From: Azolla caroliniana | Lineage: Eukaryota > Plantae > Polypodiophyta | NCBI GenBank assembly: GCA_043228905.1 | Contig: JBHGNT010000028.1 | Span: forward strand, 310,001 to 374,000 | DNA: 64,000 bases | Reading direction: 5' to 3' | Shown here: positions 11,701-26,619 of the stretch, one piece after another | Layout of the letters: each line of letters begins with the position of its first letter | How positions within the stretch are numbered: the stretch's first letter is position 1 | Made by a program: the position numbers and the translations under genes | Notes under the pieces: generated by a model | The model's input: only the letters and a program-made list of their open reading frames with translations | The model's database searches: none | Told to the model about the DNA's origin: nothing

Positions 11701-14700
11701 CTACTAGCTCTTCCCAACTCCCTCCTCATGTTGCTAATTTTGTCATGTCTCTCGACCTGAGTTTAAAAATCTTGATTTTTTAATTCCATATCCTAGCTAG
11801 CGTTGTTAGCTTCGATTCGCATGTTTGAACACAAAAATCCGAAATCCCACTCGCCAGATATGAACATTTTAATTTACCTACTAGCTCTTCCCAACTCACT
11901 CCTCAAATTGGCTAATTTCCTCATGTCTCTCGACCTGAGTTTCAAAATCTTGATTTTTTAATTCCATATCGTAGCTAGCGTTGTTAGCTTCGATTCGCAT
12001 GTTTGAACACAAAAGTCCGATATCACACTCGCCAGTTATGAACATTTTAATTTACCTAGTAGCTCTTCCCAACTCCCTCCTCATGTTGCTAATTTCGTGA
12101 TGTCTCTCGACCTGAGTTTCAAAATCTTGATTTTGTTAATTCCATATCATAGCTAGCGTTGTTAGCTTCGATTCACATGTTTGAACACAAAAATCCGATA
12201 TCACACTCGCCAGATATGAACATTTTAATTTACCTACTAGCTCTTCCCAACTACCTGCTCATGTTGCTAATTTCGTCATGTCTCTCGACCTGAGTTTCAA
12301 AATCTTGATTTTTTAATTCCATATCATAGCTAGCGTTGTTAGCTTCGATTCGCATGTTTGAACACAAAAATCCGATATCACACTCGCCAGATATGAACAT
12401 TTTAATTTACCTACTAGCTCTTCCCAACTCACTCCTCATGTTGCTAATTTCGTCATGTCTCTGGACCTGAGTTTCAAAATCTTGATTTTTTAATTCCATA
12501 TCATAGGTAGCGTTGTAAGCTTCGATTCACATGTTTGAACACAAAAATCCGATATGACACTCGCCAGTTATGAACATTTTAATTTACCTAGTAGCTCTTC
12601 CCAACTCCCTCCTCATGTTGCTAATTTCGTCATGTCTCTCGACCTGAGTTTCAAAATCTTGATTTTTTAATTCCATATCATAGCTAGCGTTGTTAGCTTC
12701 GATTCGCATGTTTGAACACAAAAATCCGATATCCCACTCGCCAGATATGAACATTTTAATTTACCTACTAGCTCTTCCCAACTCACTCCTCAAATTTGGG
12801 AATTTCGTCATGTCTCTCGACCTGAGTTTCAAAATCTTGATTTTTTAATTCCATATCATAGCTAGCGTTGTTAGCTTCGATTCGCACGTTTGAACAGAAA
12901 AATCCGATATCACACGAGCCAGGTATGAACATTTTAATTTACCTACTAGCTCTTCCCAACTCACTCCTCAAATTTGCTAATTTTGTCATGTCTCTCGACC
13001 TGAGTTTCAAAATCTTGATTTTTTAATTCCATATCATAGCTAGCGTTGTTAGCTTCGATTCGCATGTTTGAACACAAAAATCCTATATCACACGAGCCAG
13101 GTATGAACATTTTAATTTACTCCAGGGTTCCTCTCAACTCCCTCGTCAAGGTTGCTAATTTCGTCATGTCTCTCGACCTGAGTTTCAAAATCTTGATTTT
13201 TTAATTCCATATCATAGATAATGTTGTTAGCTTCGATTCGCATGTTTGAACACAAAAATCCGAATATCCCACTCGCCAGATATGAACATTTTAATTTACC
13301 TACTAGCTCTTCCCAACTCACTCCTCAAATTTGGGAATTTCGTCATGTCTCTCGACCTGAGTTTCAAAATCTTGATTTTTTAATTCCATATCATAGCTAG
13401 CGTTGTTAGCTTCGATTCACATGATTGAACACAAAAATCCGATATCACACTCGCCAGTTATGAACATTTTAATTTACCTACTAGCTCTTCCCAACTCCCT
13501 CCTCATGTTGCTAATTTTGTCATGTCTCTCAACCTGAGTTTCAAAATCTTAATTTTTTAATTCCATATCGTAGCTAGCGTTGTTAGCTTCGATTCACATG
13601 TTTGAACACAAAAATCCGATATCACACGAGCCAGGTATGAACATTTTAATTTACTCAAGGGCTCCTCTCAACTCCCTGCTCCTGTTTGCTAATTTCGTCA
13701 TGTCTCTCGACGTGAGTTTCAAAATCTTGATTTTTTAATTCCATATCATAGCTAGCGTTATTAGCTTCGATTCGCATGTTTGAACACAAAAATCCGATAT
13801 CACACTCGCCAGATATGAACATTTTAATTTACCTAGCAGCTCTTCCCAACTCACTCCTCAAATTTGCTAATTTCGTCATGTCTCTCGACGTGAGTTTCAA
13901 AATCTTGATTTTTTAATTCCATATCATAGCTAGCGTTGTTAGCTTCCATTCGCATGTTTGAACACAAAAATCCGATATCACACTCGCCAGTTATGAACAT
14001 TTTAATTTACCTAGTAGCTCTTCCCAACTCCCTCCTCATGTTGCTAATTTCGTCATGTCTCTCGACCTCGGTTTCAAAATCTTGATTTTTTAATTCCATA
14101 TCATAGCTAGCGTAGCTTCGATTCACATGTTTGAACACAAAAATCCGATATCACACTCGCCAGTTATGAACATTTTAATTTACCTACTAGCTCTTCCCAA
14201 CTCCCTCCTCATGTTGCTAATTTCGTCATGTCTCTCGACCTGAGTTTCAAAATCTTGATTTTTTAATTCCATATCATAGCTCGCGTTGTTAGCTTCGATT
14301 CGCATGTTTGAACACAAAAATCCGATATCACACTCGCTAGTTATGAACATTTTAATTTACCTAGCAGCTCTTCCCAACTCACTCCTCAAATTTGCTAATT
14401 TCGTCATGTCTCTCGACCTGAGTTTCAAAATCTTGATTTTTTAATTCGAGATCATAGCTAGCGTTGTTAGCTTCGATTCGCATGTTTGAACACAAAAATC
14501 CGATATCCCACTCGCCAGATATGAACATTTTAATTTACCTACTAGCTCTTCCCAACTCACTCCTCAAATTTGGGAATTTCGTCATGTCTCTCGACCTGAG
14601 TTTCAAAATCTTGATTTTTTAATTCCATATCATAGCTAGCGTTGTTAGCTTCGATTCGCATGTTTGAACACAAAAATCCGATATCACACTCGCCAGATAT

Positions 14701-17700
14701 GAACATTTTAATTTACCTACTAGCTCTTCCCAACTCACTCCTCAAATTTGCTAATTTCGTCATGTCTCTCGACCTGAGTTTCAAAATCTTGATTTTTTAA
14801 TTCCATATCATAGCTAGCGTTGTTAGCTTCGATTCGCATGTTTGAACACAAAATTCCGATATCACACGAGCCAGGTATGATCATTTTAATTTACCTACTA
14901 GCTCTTCCCAACTCACTCCTCAAATTTGCTAATTTCGTCATGTCTCTCGACGTGAGTTTCAAAATCTTGATTTTTTAATTCCATATCATAGCTAGCGTTG
15001 TTAGCTTCGATTCGCATGTTTGAACACAAAAGTCCGATATCACACTCGCCAGTTATGAACATTTTAATTTACCTAGTAGCTCTTCCCAACTCACTCCTCA
15101 TGTTGCTAATTTCGTCATGTCTCTGGACCTGAGTTTCAAAATCTTGATTTTTTAATTCCATATCATAGCTAGCGTTGTAAGCTTCGATTCACATGTTTGA
15201 ACACAAAAATCCGATATGACACTCGCCAGTTATGAACATTTTAATTTACCTAGTAGCTCTTCCCAACTCCCTCCTCATGTTGCTAATTTCGTCATGTCTC
15301 TCGACCTGAGTTTCAAAATCTTGATTTTTTAATTCCATATCATAGCTAGCGTTGTTAGCTTCGATTCGCATGTTTGAACACAAAAATCCGATATCCCACT
15401 CGCCAGATATGAACATTTTAATTTACCTACTAGCTCTTCCCAACTCACTCCTCAAATTTGGGAATTTCGTCATGTCTCTCGACCTGAGTTTCAAAATCTT
15501 GATTTTTTAATTCCATATCATAGCTAGCGTTGTTAGCTTCGATTCGCACGTTTGAACAGAAAAATCCGATATCACACGAGCCAGGTATGAACATTTTAAT
15601 TTACCTACTAGCTCTTCCCAACTCACTCCTCAAATTTGCTAATTTTGTCATGTCTCTCGACCTGAGTTTCAAAATCTTGATTTTTTAATTCCATATCATA
15701 GCTAGCGTTGTTAGCTTCGATTCGCATGTTTGAACACAAAAATCCGATATCACACTCGCCAGATATGAACATTTTAATTTACCTACTAGCTCTTCCCAAC
15801 TCACTCCTCAAATTTGCTAATTTCGTCATGTCTCTCGACCTGAGTTTCAAAATCTTGATTTTTTAATTCCATATCATAGCTAGCGTTGTTAGCTTCGATT
15901 CGCATGTTTGAACACAAAATTCCGATATCACACGAGCCAGGTATGATCATTTTAATTTACCTACTAGCTCTTCCCAACTCACTCCTCAAATTTGCTAATT
16001 TCGTCATGTCTCTCGACGTGAGTTTCAAAATCTTGATTTTTTAATTCCATATCATAGCTAGCGTTGTTAGCTTCGATTCGCATGTTTGAACACAAAATTC
16101 CGATATCACACGAGCCAGGTATGATCATTTTAATTTACCTACTAGCTCTTCCCAACTCACTCCTCAAATTTGCTAATTTCGTCATGTCTCTCGACGTGAG
16201 TTTCAAAATCTTGATTTTTTAATTCCATATCATAGCTAGCGTTGTTAGCTTCGATTCGCATGTTTGAACACAAAAGTCCGATATCACACTCGCCAGTTAT
16301 GAACATTTTAATTTACCTAGTAGCTCTTCCCAACTCCCTCCTAATGTTGCTAATTTCGTCATGTCTCTCGACGTGAGTTTCAAAATCTTGATTTTTTAAT
16401 TCGAGATCATAGCTAGCGATGTTAGCTTCGATTCGCATGTTTGAACACAAAAATCCGATATCCCACTCGCCAGATATGAACATTTTAATTTACCTACTAG
16501 CTCTTCCCAACTCACTCCTCAAATTTGGGAATTTCGTCATGTCTCTCGACCTGAGTTTCAAAATCTTGATTTTTTAATTCCATATCATAGCTAGCGTTGT
16601 TAGCTTCGATTCGCATGTTTGAACACAAAAATCCGATATCCCACTCGCCAGGTATGATCATTTTAATTTACCTACTAGCTCTTCCCAACTCACTCCTCAA
16701 ATTTGGGAATTTCGTCATGTCTCTCGACCTGAGTTTCAAAATCTTGATTTTTTAATTCCATATCATAGCTAACGTTGTTAGCTTCGATTCACATGATTGA
16801 ACACAAAAATCCGATATCACACTCGCCAGTTATGAACATTTTAATTTACCTACTAGCTCTTCCCAACTCCCTCCTCATGTTGCTAATTTTGTCATGTCTC
16901 TCGACCTGAGTTTAAAAATCTTGATTTTTTAATTCCATATCCTAGCTAGCGTTGTTAGCTTCGATTCGCATGTTTGAACACAAAAATCCGAAATCCCACT
17001 CGCCAGATATGAACATTTTAATTTACCTACTAGCTCTTCCCAACTCACTCCTCAAATTGGCTAATTTCCTCATGTCTCTCGACCTGAGTTTCAAAATCTT
17101 GATTTTTTAATTCCATATCATAGCTAGCGTTGTTAGCTTCGATTCGCATGTTTGAACACAAAAGTCCGATATCACACTCGCCAGTTATGAACATTTTAAT
17201 TTACCTAGTAGCTCTTCCCAACTCCCTCCTCATGTTGCTAATTTCGTGATGTCTCTCGACCTGAGTTTCAAAATCTTGATTTTGTTAATTCCATATCATA
17301 GCTAGCGTTGTTAGCTTCGATTCACATGTTTGAACACAAAAATCCGATATCACACTCGCCAGATATGAACATTTTAATTTACCTACTAGCTCTTCCCAAC
17401 TACCTGCTCATGTTGCTAATTTCGTCATGTCTCTCGACCTGAGTTTCAAAATCTTGATTTTTTAATTCCATATCATAGCTAGCGTTGTTAGCTTCGATTC
17501 GCATGTTTGAACACAAAAATCCGATATCACACTCGCCAGATATGAACATTTTAATTTACCTACTAGCTCTTCCCAACTCACTCCTCATGTTGCTAATTTC
17601 GTCATGTCTCTGGACCTGAGTTTCAAAATCTTGATTTTTTAATTCCATATCATAGGTAGCGTTGTAAGCTTCGATTCACATGTTTGAACACAAAAATCCG

Positions 17701-18230
17701 ATATGACACTCGCCAGTTATGAACATTTTAATTTACCTAGTAGCTCTTCCCAACTCCCTCCTCATGTTGCTAATTTCGTCATGTCTCTCGACCTGAGTTT
17801 CAAAATCTTGATTTTTTAATTCCATATCATAGCTAGCGTTGTTAGCTTCGATTCGCATGTTTGAACACAAAAATCCGATATCCCACTCGCCAGATATGAA
17901 CATTTTAATTTACCTACTAGCTCTTCCCAACTCACTCCTCAAATTTGGGAATTTCGTCATGTCTCTCGACCTGAGTTTCAAAATCTTGATTTTTTAATTC
18001 CATATCATAGCTAGCGTTGTTAGCTTCGATTCGCACGTTTGAACAGAAAAATCCGATATCACACGAGCCAGGTATGAACATTTTAATTTACCTACTAGCT
18101 TTTCCCAACTCACTCCTCAAATTTGCTAATTTTGTCATGTCTCTCGACCTGAGTTTCAAAATCTTGATTTTTTAATTCCATATCATAGCTAGCGTTGTTA
18201 GCTTCGATTCGCATGTTTGAACACAAAAAT
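5730..18230. repeat. 29-monomer higher-order repeat, 5149 bp period, about 2.4 copies
   Basis: Identical ORF-track entries lie at 7963 and 13112 (offset 5149). The marker CGCACGTTTGAACAGAA occurs at 7734, 12883 and 18032, and at 10396 and 15545. The period breaks down at about 18230. Confidence 0.88.
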
Positions 18231-19650
18231 CCGATATCACACTCGCCAGATATGAACATTTTAATTTACCTACTAGCTCTTCCCAACTCACTCCTCAAAT
18301 TTGCTAATTTCGTCATGTCTCTCGACCTGAGTTTCAAAATCTTGATTTTTTAATTCCATATCATAGCTAGCGTTGTTAGCTTCGATTCGCATGTTTGAAC
18401 ACAAAATTCCGATATCACACGAGCCAGGTATGATCATTTTAATTTACCTACTAGCTCTTCCCAACTCACTCCTCAAATTTGCTAATTTCGTCATGTCTCT
18501 CGACGTGAGTTTCAAAATCTTGATTTTTTAATTCCATATCATAGCTAGCGTTGTTAGCTTCGATTCGCATGTTTGAACACAAAAGTCCGATATCACACTC
18601 GCCAGTTATGAACATTTTAATTTACCTAGTAGCTCTTCCCAACTCCCTCCTAATGTTGCTAATTTCGTCATGTCTCTCGACCTGAGTTTCAAAATCTTGA
18701 TTTTTTAATTCGAGATCATAGCTAGCGATGTTAGCTTCGATTCGCATGTTTGAACACAAAAATCCGATATCCCACTCGCCAGATATGAACATTTTAATTT
18801 ACCTACTAGCTCTTCCCAACTCACTCCTCAAATTTGGGAATTTCGTCATGTCTCTCGACCTGAGTTTCAAAATCTTGATTTTTTAATTCCATATCATAGC
18901 TAGCGTTGTTAGCTTCGATTCGCACGTTTGAACAGAAAAATCCGATATCACACGAGCCAGGTATGAACATTTTAATTTACCTACTAGCTCTTCCCAACTC
19001 ACTCCTCAAATTTGCTAATTTTGTCATGTCTCTCGACCTGAGTTTCAAAATCTTGATTTTTTAATTCCATATCATAGCTAGCGTTGTTAGCTTCGATTCG
19101 CATGTTTGAACACAAAAATCCGATATCACACTCGCCAGATATGAACATTTTAATTTACCTACTAGCTCTTCCCAACTCACTCCTCAAATTTGCTAATTTC
19201 GTCATGTCTCTCGACCTGAGTTTCAAAATCTTGATTTTTTAATTCCATATCATAGCTAGCGTTGTTAGCTTCGATTCGCATGTTTGAACACAAAATTCCG
19301 ATATCACACGAGCCAGGTATGATCATTTTAATTTACCTACTAGCTCTTCCCAACTCACTCCTCAAATTTGCTAATTTCGTCATGTCTCTCGACGTGAGTT
19401 TCAAAATCTTGATTTTTTAATTCCATATCATAGCTAGCGTTGTTAGCTTCGATTCGCATGTTTGAACACAAAAGTCCGATATCACACTCGCCAGTTATGA
19501 ACATTTTAATTTACCTAGTAGCTCTTCCCAACTCCCTCCTAATGTTGCTAATTTCGTCATGTCTCTCGACCTGAGTTTCAAAATCTTGATTTTTTAATTC
19601 GAGATCATAGCTAGCGATGTTAGCTTCGATTCGCATGTTTGAACACAAAA
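18030..19650. repeat. 5-monomer repeat, 889 bp period, about 1.8 copies
   Basis: CGCACGTTTGAACAGAA occurs at 18032 and 18921. The downstream variants AAAATTCC, AAAAGTCC and TTCGAGATC...AGCGATG follow in the same order in both copies. Confidence 0.82.
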
Positions 19651-21410
19651 ATCCGATATCACACTCGCCAGTTATGAACATTTTAATTTACCTACTAGCT
19701 CTTCCCAACTCCCTCCTCATGTTGCTAATTTTGTCATGTCTCTCGACCTGAGTTTAAAAATCTTGATTTTTTAATTCCATATCCTAGCTAGCGTTGTTAG
19801 CTTCGATTCGCATGTTTGAACACAAAAATCCGAAATCCCACTCGCCAGATATGAACATTTTAATTTACCTACTAGCTCTTCCCAACTCACTCCTCAAATT
19901 GGCTAATTTCCTCATGTCTCTCGACCTGAGTTTCAAAATCTTGATTTTTTAATTCCATATCATAGCTAGCGTTGTTAGCTTCGATTCGCATGTTTGAACA
20001 CAAAAGTCCGATATCACACTCGCCAGTTATGAACATTTTAATTTACCTAGTAGCTCTTCCCAACTCCCTCCTCATGTTGCTAATTTCGTGATGTCTCTCG
20101 ACCTGAGTTTCAAAATCTTGATTTTGTTAATTCCATATCATAGCTAGCGTTGTTAGCTTCGATTCACATGTTTGAACACAAAAATCCGATATCACACTCG
20201 CCAGATATGAACATTTTAATTTACCTACTAGCTCTTCCCAACTACCTGCTCATGTTGCTAATTTCGTCATGTCTCTCGACCTGAGTTTCAAAATCTTGAT
20301 TTTTTAATTCCATATCATAGCTAGCGTTGTTAGCTTCGATTCGCATGTTTGAACACAAAAATCCGATATCACACTCGCCAGATATGAACATTTTAATTTA
20401 CCTACTAGCTCTTCCCAACTCACTCCTCATGTTGCTAATTTCGTCATGTCTCTGGACCTGAGTTTCAAAATCTTGATTTTTTAATTCCATATCATAGCTA
20501 GCGTTGTAAGCTTCGATTCACATGTTTGAACACAAAAATCCGATATGACACTCGCCAGTTATGAACATTTTAATTTACCTAGTAGCTCTTCCCAACTCCC
20601 TCCTCATGTTGCTAATTTCGTCATGTCTCTCGACCTGAGTTTCAAAATCTTGATTTTTTAATTCCATATCATAGCTAGCGTTGTTAGCTTCGATTCGCAT
20701 GTTTGAACACAAAAATCCGATATCCCACTCGCCAGATATGAACATTTTAATTTACCTACTAGCTCTTCCCAACTCACTCCTCAAATTTGGGAATTTCGTC
20801 ATGTCTCTCGACCTGAGTTTCAAAATCTTGATTTTTTAATTCCATATCATAGCTAGCGTTGTTAGCTTCGATTCGCACGTTTGAACAGAAAAATCCGATA
20901 TCACACGAGCCAGGTATGAACATTTTAATTTACCTACTAGCTCTTCCCAACTCACTCCTCAAATTTGCTAATTTTGTCATGTCTCTCGACCTGAGTTTCA
21001 AAATCTTGATTTTTTAATTCCATATCATAGCTAGCGTTGTTAGCTTCGATTCGCATGTTTGAACACAAAAATCCTATATCACACGAGCCAGGTATGAACA
21101 TTTTAATTTACTCCAGGGTTCCTCTCAACTCCCTCGTCAAGGTTGCTAATTTCGTCATGTCTCTCGACCTGAGTTTCAAAATCTTGATTTTTTAATTCCA
21201 TATCATAGATAATGTTGTTAGCTTCGATTCGCATGTTTGAACACAAAAATCCGAATATCCCACTCGCCAGATATGAACATTTTAATTTACCTACTAGCTC
21301 TTCCCAACTCACTCCTCAAATTTGGGAATTTCGTCATGTCTCTCGACCTGAGTTTCAAAATCTTGATTTTTTAATTCCATATCATAGCTAGCGTTGTTAG
21401 CTTCGATTCG
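19650..21410. repeat. Dispersed copy of block at about 6510-8270 (offset 13140 bp, 74 monomers)
   Basis: ORF 7963 versus 21103. Printed lines from 6541 and from 19681 read nearly identically in phase. Confidence 0.85.
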
Positions 21411-22367
21411 CATGTTTGAACACAAAAATCCGATATCCCACTCGCCAGATATGAACATTTTAATTTACCTACTAGCTCTTCCCAACTCACTCCTCAAATT
21501 TGGGAATTTCGTCATGTCTCTCGACCTGAGTTTCAAAATCTTGATTTTTTAATTCCATATCATAGCTAACGTTGTTAGCTTCGATTCACATGATTGAACA
21601 CAAAAATCCGATATCACACTCGCCAGTTATGAACATTTTAATTTACCTACTAGCTCTTCCCAACTCCCTCCTCATGTTGCTAATTTTGTCATGTCTCTCA
21701 ACCTGAGTTTCAAAATCTTAATTTTTTAATTCCATATCGTAGCTAGCGTTGTTAGCTTCGATTCACATGTTTGAACACAAAAATCCGATATCACACGAGC
21801 CAGGTATGAACATTTTAATTTACTCAAGGGCTCCTCTCAACTCCCTGCTCATGTTTGCTAATTTCGTCATGTCTCTCGACGTGAGTTTCAAAATCTTGAT
21901 TTTTTAATTCCATATCATAGCTAGCGTTATTAGCTTCGATTCGCATGTTTGAACACAAAAATCCGATATCACACTCGCCAGATATGAACATTTTAATTTA
22001 CCTAGCAGCTCTTCCCAACTCACTCCTCAAATTTGCTAATTTCGTCATGTCTCTCGACGTGAGTTTCAAAATCTTGATTTTTTAATTCCATATCATAGCT
22101 AGCGTTGTTAGCTTCCATTCGCATGTTTGAACACAAAAATCCGATATCACACTCGCCAGTTATGAACATTTTAATTTACCTAGTAGCTCTTCCCAACTCC
22201 CTCCTCATGTTGCTAATTTCGTCATGTCTCTCGACCTCGGTTTCAAAATCTTGATTTTTTAATTCCATATCATAGCTAGCGTAGCTTCGATTCACATGTT
22301 TGAACACAAAAATCCGATATCACACTCGCCAGTTATGAACATTTTAATTTACCTACTAGCTCTTCCC
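21308..22367. repeat. Dispersed copy of block 1-1060 (offset 21307 bp)
   Basis: The same ordered variants appear in both: GCTAACG, CTCAACC/CTTAATT, TCAAGGGCTCC, GTTATTAG, CTTCCATT, and GACCTCGG with the 4 bp deletion (931 versus 22238). Confidence 0.85.
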
Positions 22368-25300
22368 AACTCCCTCCTCATGTTGCTAATTTCGTCATGT
22401 CTCTCGACCTGAGTTTCAAAATCTTGATTTTTTAATTCCATATCATAGCTCGCGTTGTTAGCTTCGATTCGCATGTTTGAACACAAAAATCCGATATCAC
22501 ACTCGCTAGTTATGAACATTTTAATTTACCTAGCAGCTCTTCCCAACTCACTCCTCAAATTTGCTAATTTCGTCATGTCTCTCGACCTGAGTTTCAAAAT
22601 CTTGATTTTTTAATTCCATATCATAGCTCGCGTTGTTAGCTTCGATTCGCATGTTTGAACACAAAAATCCGATATCACACGTGCCAGGTATGATCATTTT
22701 AATTTACTCAAGGGCTCTTCTCAACTCCCTCGTCAAGGTTGCTAATTTCGTCATGTCTCTCGACCTGAGTTTCAAAATCTTGATTTTTTCATTCCATATC
22801 ATAGCTAGCGTTGTTAGCTTCGATTCGCATGTTTGAACACAAAAAACCGATATCACACTCACCAGATATGAACATTTTAATTTACCTACTAGCTCTTCCC
22901 AACTCACTCCTCATGTTGCTAATTTCGTCATGTCTCTCGACCTGAGTTTCAAAATCTTGATTTTTTAATTCCATATCATAGCTACCGTTGTTAGCTTCCA
23001 TTCGCATGTTTGAACACAAAAAACCGATATCACACTCACCAGATATGAACATTTTAATTTACCTACTAGCTCTTCCCAACTCACTCCTCATGTTGCTAAT
23101 TTCGTCATGTCTCTCGACCTGAGTTTGAAAATCTTGATTTTTTAATTCCATATCATAGCTAGCGTTGTAAGCTTCGATTCACATGTTTGAACACAAAAAT
23201 CCGATATCACACTCGCCAGTTATGAACATTTTAATTTACCTACTAGATCTTCCCAACTCCCTCCTCATGTTGCTAATTTCGTGATGTCTCTCGACCTGAG
23301 TTTCAAAATCTTGATTTTGTTAATTCCATATCATAGCTAGCGTTGTAAGCTTGGATTCACATGTTTGAACACAAAAATCCGATATCACACTCGCCAGTTA
23401 TGAACATTTTAATTTACCTACTAGCTCTTCCCAACTCCCTCCTCATGTTGCTAATTTCGTGATGTCTCTCGACCTGAGTTTCAAAATCTTGATTTTGTTA
23501 ATTCCATATCATAGCTAGCGTTGTTAGCTTCGATTCACATGTTTGAACACAAAAATCCGATATCACACTCGCCAGATATGAACATTTTAATTTACCTACT
23601 AGCTCTTCCCAACTACCTGCTCATGTTGCTAATTTCGTCATGTCTCTCGACCTGAGTTTCAAAATCTTGATTTTTTAATTCCATATCATAGATAATGTTG
23701 TTAGCTTCGATTCGCATGTTTGAACACAAAAATCCGAATATCCCACTCGCCAGATATGAACATTTTAATTTACCTACTAGCTCTTCCCAACTCACTCCTC
23801 AAATTTGGGAATTTCGTCATGTCTCTCGACCTGAGTTTCAAAATCTTGATTTTTTAATTCCATATCATAGCTAGCGTTGTTAGCTTCGATTCGCATGTTT
23901 GAACACAAAAATCCGATATCCCACTCGCCAGATATGAACATTTTAATTTACCTACTAGGTCTTCCCAACTCACTCCTCAAATTTGGGAATTTCGTCATGT
24001 CTCTCGACCTGAGTTTCAAAATCTTGATTTTTTAATTCCATATCATAGCTAACGTTGTTAGCTTCGATTCACATGATTGAACACAAAAATCCGATATCAC
24101 ACTCGCCAGTTATGAACATTTTAATTTACCTACTAGCTCTTCCCAACTCCCTCCTCATGTTGCTAATTTTGTCATGTCTCTCAACCTGAGTTTCAAAATC
24201 TTGATTTTGTTAATTCCATATCATAGCTAGCGTTGTTAGCTTCGATTCGCATGTTTGAACACAAAAATCCGATATCACACGTGCCAGGTATGATCATTTT
24301 AATTTACTCAAGGGCTCTTCTCAACTCCCTCGTCAAGGTTGCTAAATTCGTCATGTCTCTCGACTTGAGTTTCAAAATCTTGATTTTTTCATTCCATATC
24401 ATAGCTAGCGTTGTTAGCTTCGATTCGCATGTTTGAACACAAAAAACCGATATCACACTCACCAGATATGAACATTTTAATTTACCTAGCAGCTCTTCCC
24501 AACTCACTCCTCAAATTTGGGAATTTCGTCATATCTCTCGACCTGAGTTTCAAAATCTTGATTTTTTAATTCCATATCATAGCTAGCGTTGTTAGCTTCG
24601 ATTCGCATGTTTGAACACAAAAATCCGATATCACACTCGCCAGATATGAACATTTTAATTTACCTAGCAGCTCTTCCCAACTCACTCCTCAAATTTGCTA
24701 ATTTCGTCATGTCTCTCGACCTGCGTTTCAAAATCTTCATTTTTTAATTCCATATCATAGCTACCGTTGTGAGCTTCCATTCGCATGTTTGAACACAAAA
24801 AACCGATATCACACTCACCAGATATGAACATTTTAATTTACCTACTAGCTCTTCCCAACTCCCTCCTCATGTTGCTAATTTCGTGATGTCTCTCGACCTG
24901 AGTTTCAAAATCTTGATTTTGTTAATTCCATATCATAGCTAGCGTTGTTAGCTTCAATTCACATGTTTGAACACAAAAATCCGATATCACACTCGCCAGA
25001 TATGAACATTTTAATTTACCTACTAGCTCTTCCCAACTACCTGCTCATGTTGCTAATTTCGTCATGTCTCTCGACCTGAGTTTCAAAATCTTGATTTTTT
25101 AATTCCATATCGTAGCTACCGTTGTTAGCTTCAATTCGCATGTTTGAACACAAAAAACCGATATCACACTCGCCAGATATGAACATTTTAATTTACCTAC
25201 TAGCTCTTCCCAACTCCCTCCTCATGTTGCTAATTTCGTGATGTCTCTCGACCTGAGTTTCAAAATCTTGATTTTGTTAATTCCATATCATAGCTAGCGT

Positions 25301-26619
25301 TGTTAGCTTCGATTGGCATGTTTAAACACAAACATCCGATATCACACGAGCCAGGTATGATCATTTTAATTTACTCAAGGGCTCTTCTCAACTCCCTCGT
25401 CAAGGTTGCTAATTTCGTCATGTCTCTCGACCTGAGTTTCAAAATCTTGATTTTTTCATTCCATATCATAGCTAGCGTTGTTAGCTTCGATTCGCATGTT
25501 TGAACACAAAAAACCGATATCACACTCACCAGATATGAACATTTTAATTTACCTACTAGCTCTTCCCAACTCACTCCTCATGTTGCTAATTTCGTCATGT
25601 CTCTCGACCTGAGTTTCAAAATCTTGTTTTTTTAATTCCATATCATAGCTAGCGTTGTAAGTTTCGATTCACATGTTTGAACACAAAAATCCGATATCAC
25701 ACGAGCCAGGTATGAACATTTTAATTTACCTACTAGCTCTTCCCAACTCACTCCTCAAATTTGCTAATTTTGTCATGTCTCTCGACCTGAGTTTCAAAAT
25801 CTTGATTTTTTAATTCCATATCATAGCTAGCGTTGTTAGCTTCGATTCGCATGTTTGAACACAAAAATCCGATATCACACGAGCCAGGTATGAACATTTT
25901 AATTTACTCCAGGGTTCCTCTCAACTCCCTCGTCAAGGTTGCTAATTTCGTCATGTCTCTCGACCTGAGTTTCAAAATCTTGATTTTTTAATTCCATATC
26001 ATAGATAATGTTGTTAGCTTCGATTCGCATGTTTGAACACAAAAATCCGAATATCCCACTCGCCAGATATGAACATTTTAATTTACCTACTAGCTCTTCC
26101 CAACTCACTCCTCAAATTTGGGAATTTCGTCATGTCTCTCGACCTGAGTTTCAAAATCTTGATTTTTTAATTCCATATCATAGCTAGCGTTGTTAGCTTC
26201 GATTCGCATGTTTGAACACAAAAATCCGATATCCCACTCGCCAGATATGAACATTTTAATTTACCTACTAGCTCTTCCCAACTCACTCCTCAAATTTGGG
26301 AATTTCGTCATGTCTCTCGACCTGAGTTTCAAAATCTTGATTTTTTAATTCCATATCATAGCTAACGTTGTTAGCTTCGATTCACATGATTGAACACAAA
26401 AATCCGATATCACACTCGCCAGTTATGAACATTTTAATTTACCTACTAGCTCTTCCCAACTCCCTCCTCATGTTGCTAATTTTGTCATGTCTCTCAACCT
26501 GAGTTTCAAAATCTTAATTTTTTAATTCCATATCGTAGCTAGCGTTGTTAGCTTCGATTCACATGTTTGAACACAAAAATCCGATATCACACGAGCCAGG
26601 TATGAACATTTTAATTTAC

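Noticed and set aside
7963-26108. Repeated 60-69 aa minus-strand ORFs (MSWEELVGKLKCSYLASG...)
   Set aside because: They lie wholly within satellite monomers and start at a GTG in the repeat. They open only where the CCGAATAT insertion and GATAATG variants remove stops. I recognise no protein domain or gene context.
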